NCBI RefSeq assembly: GCF_964355755.1
Contig: NC_092673.1
Location: forward strand, 32,671,648-32,735,647
DNA: 64,000 nt
Direction of reading: 5' to 3'
Origin: Antedon mediterranea
Lineage: Eukaryota; Animalia; Echinodermata
Under the pieces are notes generated by a model. It was not told the origin of the DNA. It saw only the letters and a list, made by a program, of their open reading frames with translations, and ran no database searches. The stretch's first letter is position 1. Every line of letters begins with the position of its first letter. Positions 53,901-64,000 of this stretch are shown here, piece after piece. The position numbers and the translations under genes are program-made.

Positions 53901-56900
53901 ACCGCCAGACAAGTGCGTACCTAGCTAATGTTTAGTAGTAAGTTAGATCGCTGGCAATAATGAATGCATATAAATTGCATAATAGCACTCTGACGTACTC
54001 TCACGGTCAATGAGACGTCGCGGTTTTCTAGGCGCTGAAGCTACCAAGTGAATGCGAACGTTTTTTACTGTATATTATATTCCCCGACAAAAAGTACCCG
54101 TGTTCCCTTCGGTAACCGTCGGTAAACTTCGCCTGGAAAATAACTACATTACACATTTTGGTCCCTGGATGGAACATGATATCACGCGTCTCGACCCAAC
54201 GGTGAACGATTCGTACAAAGGGATACCGCCAAACAAGTGCGTACTAGCTATTGTTTAGTAGTTAGATCTCTGGCAATAATGAATGCATAAAAGTGCATAA
54301 TAGCCCTCTGACGTACTCTCACGGTCAATGGAACGTCGTGGTTTTCTAGGCGCTGAAGCTATATGAAGTGAACGCGAACGTTTTTTACTGTATATTATAT
54401 TCCCCGACAAAAAGTACCCGTGTTCCCCGACGGGGGGGGGGGGGAGCTAGGCTCCCCGACGAGGGGGCTAGAGCCCCCGTAGCACCCCCCCCCCCCCGCG
54501 CTGGCGCCACCACTGATCACATGTGGTGCCTGTATCATGTAAGGTTAGGTTGTCTTTATCAGTAGTTCATTGAAGGAATCTATAATTAGATGGAGATTGA
54601 TGTACTTTTTATTGTATCCTATATTTAGGCCTATGTTTTATTCATATTTACTAACACCTTAAAATTGCAATCTATAGAAAAAATTCTTAACAATATTAAT
54701 AGCATGGAGATTGTAAAGATAAAGCGAAGTTATTGAGGTTCAACCAACAACACACCGATGAAGACGCCAGCTTAGCTGTTACTTGTAATTCTAACGATGT
54801 CAGCCTATACATTAGTTAGTATAAAAGTGTTTGAAACAGTATATCTAAATGCACCGCTAGCGTAAGAACCATCCTTTTGTATAAAACAATATATTATTAT
54901 TTCCATGGTTACACGTAAAATAAAAATGATCAACATGCAAAAACTGAGAATAAAAGTTATGTTATTTCACAGGTTTAAATGATTCAATTCAAAATCACGA
55001 TAAAATCTCTATTCTATTGTTATAATATTGCTGTAGACCCATTGTTAATATTAAAAAAATCATACTATCACCTAAATTACTTCTATGCAGACAACTTTTT
55101 AAAGCTGTCTGTATAGAAGCAATATAGGTGATAGCATGAATGAGGATTATTGATACACAATGCTGTATTGTTGTATCAGCTATATTAGTATCCACCCTTC
55201 CCTAATAAGTACACAATGTATATTGGTTTCATTTCAATGAAGGTAAGCGTTTAAGCAAATGTGCCTTTGAAAACTAAATTAAGACTTAATTTATTGTCAT
55301 ATAAACAACGCGATGAAAGTACAAGCTTAGAAAGAACGAAGCGTATGTATTCAAGAAGAACTTATTACCGATACCAACCCAGTTGAGATTGGTGGTAAAG
55401 GATGGAAAGTGTGTTAGAGGAAGCAAAGAGATTTCCGGGATCACTTAATTTGTACCTCTTCATTCCCAACACATTTCAAATGTAATTACAATATACTTAT
55501 GAATCATAATAACATTTTATAGCTTGAGATTGGCTAGTCTGGATTTCGAAGAGTTCACTGTGATTACACGGCTTATTTTTTTGTTAGTAACCGACGCTGT
55601 GTTTGTGTCTTTTAGTAAATAGTTACAGAATACGAAAGTAAAATCAGAGATAATTTGTCTGACCTGGGAACATTTTTATAGTTATGCAAATAGGTGGTTT
55701 ACTGCTTTTTAACCAATCATCTTTTTTGTAATTATCATTATTCATTACTTTCATGAATATTACGTGATAAGTATAGACACCTTTAGTAGGCCTACTTCCC
55801 AGCATGTATTGTTCCAATAAGATTGTATTAGCCTCTATTTAAGTTTACAAGATTACGTTTCATTGTATCATATTGATCTCCTGTTTGATACAAAAAAAAA
55901 TTAAACTGACTTTTATATTGATTTGATAAAATTTTAGCTATCAGAGTTCCACATACATAAACAAACGATACAAATTAATATATAAAAAGAGTTGAAATAT
56001 AGTAAAAGTTAAAACTCTAAAGGCAATGACAAGCCTACAACAGTGTTGCAAAGAGACTTATTTAATTAAATGTTATATCGTCTATAATTTTTAGCTCAGA
56101 ATCCAATGTGAATTTCCGAGCTTTATGGGAATATTTCATTATAGTGTAAACTTTGACCTAAAAAGGTTGTATCAGAAATTGATAATGTAATAACTATTCC
56201 AAACCGATGGGCATATCCGCTGTGCCCTTAATCCCAAGGAAGGCCCTTACAGTCTTCTTGAATTCACAGCTGGAGAAAAGTAGGCCTACTACAGCTGAGT
56301 TTGAGATTTCATGACAACCAAATCTATACCTACTTAAATGTGTACAAAATGATTGTATGTACATTCTTTAATCAGGGATCAGATGCGATCTCTCATTTAT
56401 ATTGTTCTTTATCAGGAATTTAATCTATAATTAGATAGAGATTGATGTACTTTTTATTTTATCATACATATCTGTTTTATTCAGATTTGCACCTTAAAAT
56501 TGCACTCTATAGGAAAAAACCCTAACAATATTGATAACATGTAGATTGTAAAGATAAAGCGAGGTTATTGAGGTTCAACCAATAAAACATTGATGAAGAC
56601 GCTATGTAATCCTAACAATGTCAACTTAGTTAAAGTGTTTGGAACTGTAAATCTAAATGAACCGATAGGGTAAGAACCATCCCTTTGTATAACACAATAA
56701 TATTATTCTGTTTATCAAATATTTCCATGGTTACACGTAAATAAAAATGATCAACATGCAGAAACTGAGAATAAAAGTCGTCCATTAGTTATTCCACAGG
56801 TTTAAATGATTCAATTCAAAATCACAATAACATCTCTATTTTATTGTTATAATATTGCTATGTATTGTTGATATTCAATCATGCTATCACCTATATTACT

Positions 56901-59735
56901 TCTATACAGATAACTTCAAATAGCTACACAATGCTGTATTGTTGTATCAGTATTCTCTCTTCCCTGGTAATAGATGCACAATGTTATATTGATGTTTTCA
57001 TTTCAATTTAGTACACGTATAAAAGGCCAGTTCTATCAGCTAAAATATATTCGAAAAAGCATTTAGTAATTTTGAAACTCAATTAAAAAATAGATTAAGA
57101 TTCAATTTATTGTCATAAACAACGCCATTAAAGTACAACCTTAGCAATTAAAATAACGAAGCATATATTCAAGAAGAACTTGTTACCGATACCAATCCAG
57201 TTGAGATTGGTGGTAAAGGATTGAAAGTGTGCTGGATGAAGCAAAGAGATTTCGGATCACATAATGTTTATTCTTCATTTCCAAAGGATTTTAAATGTAA
57301 TTGCAATATTATAGACTTATGAATCATAATAATATTTGTTTAGCTCGAGGTTAGCCATAAAGTTGTGTTTAGAGAGTCTAGATTCCGAAGAGTTGACTGT
57401 AATTACACGGCTTATTCACGAGAGTTTTTTTTTCGTTAGTAACCGACGCGTTTGTTTGTGTCTTTTAGTAAATAGTTACAGAATACGAAAGTAAAATCAG
57501 AGATAATTTAGCTGACCTGGGAACATTTTTATAGTTATGAAAATAACTGATTTACTGCTTTTTAATCAATCACTGAATTTCAATTTAAAAACAAACTTTC
57601 TTGCTTTATCATTATATTCATTACTTTCATGAATATTACGTGATCAGTATAAACATCATAAGTAGGCCTACTTCCCAGCATGCATTGTCCCAATAAGATT
57701 TATCCGCCTCTATACATTTAAAAGATGACGTTTCATAGTATCATATTAATTAACTGTTTGATAGAAAAACAAGGCCATATACATGGCTGCAGTTGCGTGC
57801 TCAAGTTAGTGTTTACCGAACAACCGACCGACAAACCAACCGACCGACATAGTGAGCTGATTATCCTGATTTTTATTTGTCTTTCTTTAGCTATCAGAGT
57901 TATATATACATAAACAAATAATACAACTAAAATATAAACAGATTAAAACTGTAATAGCCAGGATTATCCCAGTGCAGTGTTTCAAAGAAACGTATTTAAT
58001 TAAATTCTAAATTGTCTATGATTTTTAGCTCAGAATCCATCGAATGAACATTTCCGAGCTTTATAAGAATTGTTAATTATAATGTAAACTTTGACCTAAA
58101 AAGTTTGTATCTGAAAGCCAAAATTGATAGTAACTATTCAAAACCGTATAACTACCATGTACATATAAGGCTTCTGTTTTCCCGTTTATCTCAAGGAAGG
58201 TCCTCAAAGTCTTCTTGACCACACTGCTGGAGAAATCTACAACCAGTTCGTGATCTCATGACAACCAAATCTATACCATAGCCTACTTAAAATGTGTACA
58301 CATGATGTTTGTACATCCTTTACATCCGATTCCCACTGCTGTATCTTCACATACTATCTATTTCCGAAGTATTGGTATATAAGAATATTGGTTATAGCAT
58401 CTCATTTATATCACATGTGGTGCCTGTATCATGTAAGGTTAGGTTGTCTTTATCAGTAGTTCATTGAAGGAATCTATAATTAGACGGAGATTGATGTACT
58501 TTTTATTGTATCCTATATTTAGGCCTATGTTTTATTCATATTTACTAACACCTTAAAAATTGCAATCTATAGAAAAAATTCTTAACAATATTAATAGCAT
58601 GAAGATTGTAAAGATAAAGCGAAGTTATTGAGGTTCAACCAACAACACACCGATGAAGACGCCAGCTTACCTGTTACTTGTAATTCTAACGATGTCAGCC
58701 AATACATTAGTTAGTATACAAGTGTTTGAAACTGTAAATCTAAATGCACCGCTAGCTTAAAAACCCTCCTTTAGTATAAAACAATATATTATTCTGTTTA
58801 TCAAATATTTCCATGGTTACACGTAAAATAAAACGATCAACATGCAGAAACTGAGAATAAAAGTCGTCCATTAGTTATTTCACAGATTTAAATGATTCAA
58901 TTCAAAATCACAATCAAATCTCTATTTTATTGTTATAATCATTGCTACCGGTATGTATTGTTGATATCCAATCATGCTATCACCTATATTACTTCTATAC
59001 AGATAACTTCAAATAGCTACACAATGCTGCATTGTTGTACCAGTATTCTCTCTTCCCTGGGAATAGGTACACAATGTTATATTGATGTTTTCATTTCAAT
59101 TTAGTGGTTGGAAATAAACAAAAAAAGTGTAAAAGACCAGGTCTATCAGCTAAAATATACTCGAAAAAAGCATTTGATAATTTTGAAACTCATTTGAAAA
59201 ATAGATTAAGATTCAATGTATTTGTCATAAACAACGCGATGAAAGTACAAGCTTAGAAAGAACGAAGCATATATTCAAGAAGAACTTGTTACCGATACCA
59301 ACCCAGTTGAGATTGGTGGATGGAACTTGTGTTGGAGGAAGCAACGAGATTTCTGGGTCACTTAATTTTTACATCTTCATTCCCATCACATTTCAAATGT
59401 AATCACAATATTATGTATTAAGTATATAACTTATGAATCATAAGAACATTTTAGGTTGAGATTGGCCAGAAAGTTGTGTTTTCAGAGAGTCCGGATTTCA
59501 AAGAGTTGACTGTGATTACACGGCTTATTCACGAAATTTGTGTTTTCAGAGATTCTGAAAGAGTTAACTGTTTACATGGCTTATTCACAATTTTTTCGTT
59601 AGTAACCGACGCTGTGTCTGTGTTTTTAGTAAATAGTTACAGAGTAACAAGACAATTTGTCTGACCTGGGTACATTTTTATAGTTATGCAAATAACTGAT
59701 CTACTGCTTTAACCAATCAATGAATTTCAACTTTT
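47969..59735 (+). repeat. Higher-order tandem array of five ~1.9-2.1 kb monomers, A-B-A-B-A (starts ~47969, 50049, 51911, 55868, 57741)
   Basis: Markers gaggttcaacc and agttgagattggtgg each occur five times at matching offsets; the B copies are nearly identical; each A begins with a short HINE-like element. Confidence 0.93.
52616..54515. mobile_element. Non-autonomous hAT-type element with three internal ~300-bp tandem repeats
   Basis: TIR CAG(G/T)GGTGGCGCCAG; 8-bp TSD ATCACATG (52608-52615, 54516-54523); empty sites atcacatgtggtgcc at ~48657 and ~58410; unit taaccgtcggtaaacttcgcctggaaa at ~53495, 53788 and 54113. Confidence 0.92.
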
Positions 59736-60439
59736 AAACAAATTAATAAGATTGGGTGTGTGAAGCAACGAACCACCACTATTGAGATAATGTTTAAACT
59801 AGAAGAACGTCCGACTAACGCTTTCGTAGTTGCTGTATTTTCTGAGAGGAAATAAGGTTAGTATGTTATTTATTATATTTGGGATTGGAAAAAAAAATAT
59901 TGAAGGGCGGTTTTGATTAGAGCCTATCAATTCCATTGGTTGAGAAATGTATTTTCTTAGTCATATTGCCTTTGATGAATTATTTCAAACAATTTGAAGA
60001 TAGGCCTATACATACAGTATAGAACACAAAACAGAAATATGAAAAATATTACTGTAATAATGAACAAAAAATGGGACAAAAAAGTACTGAAGTATCAGGT
60101 GACAAATTATTGAATGGCATGATACTTGGTCGTAATTTATTTAATTTTCTATATTTGTTATAATTGCAGTACTACTGCTTTATTTATTCATATTAGAGAA
60201 TTCGAATATATTTACTTATGTGGTTAGTAGGAAACTTAAATCAGACTTAATTATCAACGAGGGTCTTCATTGCTGTATCCATTTATTTATCTTAACTCGG
60301 TACAAACCCAAGACGTAGGCTTGCTACTAGTCTCTACTTATTGTGTATTTGTACGTTGTTTCCTTAGCGGGCGGGCGTTTTTCTTTATAAATAACATTAT
60401 TATATAAATATATCACAGTCTACCAACTTAAGATTATAC

Positions 60440-62095
60440 TCATACGTTGCGTTGAGGTTTTATAAAACAAAATATCGTTATAGGGGTTATATAGGTGGAA
60501 AAAAGAAAGCAATTACTTTTGTAAGTATTATTGGACGTAAGAAAATGTTTGTGGGGCTGATTATTTTCGATGATAACTGTGATAGGTGTCATAAATTGAT
60601 ATGTTGGCTTAATAAATGCATTTTTCTACACTGCACGTGAGTGTTCTTTGTGTGTGTACGCCTACGTGTATAATTCGAACCAGGCTGCCACGCTGGAAAT
60701 TCCAGTAAAACTAAAATTATAAAAAAAAACCCGACGAATTAGTTTCATGAAATGTACGTTGCGTTGAGATTTTATAAAACAACACATTGTTAAGAGCCTG
60801 TTGGAAAATAGAAAATCATAATGGCCTTATTATTAAGCTACTTTTGTAAGTGTTATATTAGAACCAGTACTGATTATTTTCGAATATGAATGCGATTGAG
60901 AGTCAATTGAATAATGTATATAATACCCGATCACAATTGATATGCGTAGGTGTTATACTTGGATATGTTAATGGGTCTATAAATACATGTATTCTACACT
61001 GCGTGTGCGTGTTATCATGTGTATTGTATATTTCGGACCAATAGCTGTTAAGCTGGAATTTCCAGTAAAGCTAAAATCAATAGAAACAAAAAACACCCCT
61101 ATGAACTAGTTCTGTAGTTGGTTACGTACATAAAATGTATAGTTACTTAAAAGTCACAAGATGATTAAGCAAGGTGGTATGTGAGGTGAACATTTAAAAA
61201 ATATATATAAATAAATACTAAAGCAATATTATAGGCGTACTGGGCAATGTAAAAACAGTAACCATTGGTGGCCATGGACTAAACTCAACAAATCATATAC
61301 CTCCTAATACGCATCTTAGTTTTATTGTAACGGTTGACTTTTCAACACAAGACTTGTGTCAATGGACATTTCATTCCTTTAGCTCCAAAAAGGATGCTGT
61401 ACGCCTAATTCTTTTATGTGTTTTTTTTTTTGACTAACCATTAAATGATATTTTTCTTTAGACAAAATGTCCTTTTCTTGTATCTGTTGCAATCAAAATA
61501 GGACAATTAATGCAAATATTAATATAATACATAAATCCTGTGACATAAGTTTATACAACACAAAAGCGGGCATGTGTAATTTATTATTATTAGGAAAATA
61601 TTTCATTTATCAGGCAAAACAAAAGTCTTTGTAGCAGTACACATTTTTATATTAAATACTATGTTATTGTTTCTGCATCATCTTTTTTTTTGCTGCTGTT
61701 ACTGCTGCTTGGTATTTTATTAGTAAATTTTCATTTTAAAATTAGCATGTTATTTTTCTACTGTTTACTTTTGATTATAATTTTAGTATTTAAAACTTAA
61801 TATTATATGTTTTCTATAAAATAAGAATGTATTGTATGTTTGTACAATCATCCACGTTTATTATAATTTTCAATATGCAGAATCAATATTATAGCTGTCT
61901 TAATATTCAAAGAAGTTATCATGACAACATGGCTAAAGACAACTAACAATCGATTGCAATGTATGCAAAAATGTTCGTTGTTTAAGCAACACATTGAAAA
62001 AATGTGACATCAGAGTGTAGAACGCTATGGTTATGCAAATTATTACAAAAAGCCCTCGCAGTATTAACCAATTGCTGCAAAGTTAGAATTTCAAT
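60440..62095 (-). repeat. Inverted, diverged copies of the segment duplicated at the window start
   Basis: gctggaa(a/t)ttccagtaaa at ~60692 and ~61052 is the reverse complement of ~2961-2980; ggttatgcaaattatta...tattaaccaattgctgcaaagttagaatttc (~62029-62092) is the reverse complement of ~305-370. Confidence 0.7.
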
Positions 62096-62153
62096 AAATT
62101 GAATATTTGTCTCTTTCTTCATACCTCATCACATTTAATAGAGCGCATATCCA

Positions 62154-64000
62154 AGTAGTGTACATGGAGGTATAGTCAGTCGTGATTATAACAATGGTTA
62201 ACAATGGGGGTAGTATAAGACAATAGAGAATATCATTTCACTAGAATTGTTATATAGAATTGTTATATATTAATATACATTATAATATAAAATTAATAAA
62301 TATTAAATAAAAATGATATGGTAATTTAGTTACTTGTGATGAGAACAAATGGTTTACAATGGTTGAAGTCAATAGGTGTTATGTTTCGGATTATAATACA
62401 ATGGTTAACATAGGGTAAGGAAGTGAGACAATATAGTTTTTGTAAGATTTGAATTAGTCATAGTCAATAAAGATGCACCTGGTTAATTAAAACTAGTTAA
62501 TTGAGGTTTTTGCTTGATGTATGCCGACATAATCCAAAGACATAAGTTATTTGATCCGGATATTATAACAATGACTAAAACAAAAAGATAAGAATGAATG
62601 AAGTTAAATAATAAGTATGTCTTGATTGAACTATACCGACAGGTAATTAACCATCTTCCGGATTTGTTAACAAAGGAGAGAAATCGAAATCAGTGACACG
62701 GCGTTTGACATACTAAAGTTTACTGTAACTTATCTATACAATTTTAACTTTAATTTAAATCATAAAAGGAAAAAACAAAAGAAATAAAAACGACGCTTCT
62801 GATGTCATGCATAAATTAATTTGTTATGTTTAAATATCGGGGGGGGGGGGTATAATTTGAAATTCTATGTCAGTGTTATCAATTACATCGAAGTCACTCA
62901 AACTCTAGTACTAGTTCCAAAGTATTAACGCTACACGAGGTTAAAAGATGAATTCTAACGTGCATACCGGTAATGAACAAGAATTTGAAGACAGCAGTCT
63001 TAGCGGTAACGAGGAATTTTTGTTAGAAATTCTTGATGACAACGATGAAATGGTAAGTTGAATCAATTTGTACTAAAAAATGTACGTATATTATTTTCCA
63101 AATGTTATTAAGAATGACTTCTTTGTTCTGTCTGTTACATGGGTTTTGTTATTTAATTTTCAGATTCGATGTATAGAAGAGTTAATTGATGATCAGAACG
63201 AATTATGTAATGAAATGGTAAGTTACTAGTCTATAAAGTTATTTTTAAAATGGTTATAATATATGATATTTAGTCTAATATACAAATTGTAACATTTTGT
63301 ATTACAGTACGGTATTTTGAATAGAAGCAGTAATAACGAAGAAGATATGATTGAATTTAATTATGAAGGAGTAGGAAAATACCGTAAAGTAATGGTAAGT
63401 TCTTTTTTTAAACATTGTTTTTTTTTTGTTTTTTTTTTATAAATAGTATAATTATGTAAGATATATTGTTCTTAGTCTGTCTGTTTTATTCATATTTTAG
63501 CACGGTAAGAGAAGAGGAGAGAAAAGATATTACGAGAATAATGAAGAAGATAATAATGAATTTGACGAGGAATTAGTGCAGCATGGCGCTGGAAATTTTC
63601 GTAAACAAATGGTAAGCTTGTACGGTTGTTTCTTCTTTACTTATAGATCTTTATTTATTTATTTTTTTCAATGATAAAATATAATATAAATGGAGTAAAT
63701 TGTTATTATTATTTTTTCTTGTATTTTAGCCTGTTAAGAGACCTCGCATTGATTCAGAGGAAGAGCAAGAGGATGAGCGTAACATAAGGGATGTAAATGT
63801 TGAAGATCTTTGTATTATAAGGAGACTTAGAGATAAGTTCAACAAACGTTTTAATTTATTTTCAAGTGATCATTTAGTTACTTTAGTAGGGTTAGACCAA
63901 TTTCGTGTTATTGATGTTTTACCTTTATTAGTTAAGATATTTGAACATGTGCTGAATATATTATGCCAAAATGTTCAGCCACATGATAGAGTTAGGCTTG
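62154..64000 (+). mobile_element. Probable left end of a Polinton/Maverick element (runs off the window)
   Basis: AGTAGT terminus; sub-terminal repeats gattataacaatggttaaca (~62184, 62389, 62559); first gene resembles the Polinton pPolB N-terminus. The right TIR and TSD cannot be seen here. Confidence 0.62.
62948..64000 (+). CDS. Spliced gene, 5' part; probable N-terminus of a Polinton protein-primed DNA polymerase B. Exons 62948-63052, 63164-63217, 63308-63394, 63501-63611, 63730->64000
   Basis: Four GTAAG..AG introns of 90-118 bp, all phase 0; exons of 35, 18, 29, 37 and 90+ codons join with no stop. Acidic N-terminus, EGVG and QHGAG motifs, NLS-like PVKRPR, then KFNKRFN...LVKIFEHVLNILCQNVQPHDRVRL. 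The exon structure is more certain than the product call. Confidence 0.75.

Overview
AT-rich eukaryotic (animal) genomic DNA, dominated by repeats. The dense AGGCCTA motif, the Deu/Nin-type SINE and the repeat repertoire suggest a marine invertebrate, possibly an echinoderm; this is inference only. The one large host gene is a very-large-GTPase (GVIN1/VLIG/URGCP family) reading frame on the minus strand (17206-21873, 1555 codons), broken by a single in-frame TAG. A truncated paralogous C-terminus lies at 13274-13591, and duplicated 3' flanks point to a birth-and-death immune gene cluster. The window ends inside what looks like the left end of a Polinton/Maverick element (AGTAGT terminus at 62154). 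Its putative pPolB N-terminus is split into five phase-0 exons that the ORF track misses, four of which end in ATG|GTAAG. Other major structures: a ~6.7 kb palindrome (36403-43097) centred exactly on a Tc1-like MITE; a foldback element with minisatellite TIRs (43810-47230); a ~11.8 kb alternating A/B higher-order tandem array (47969-59735); tandem non-autonomous Helitrons with an empty paralogous site; three PIF/Harbinger MITE families; a hAT MITE with an 8-bp TSD; DINE-1/HINE-like elements; and decayed CR1/Jockey-like, RTE and L1/Tx1 LINE fragments. Most short ORFs in the track are noise. All alignments were done by eye and boundaries without a TSD or splice signal are approximate.
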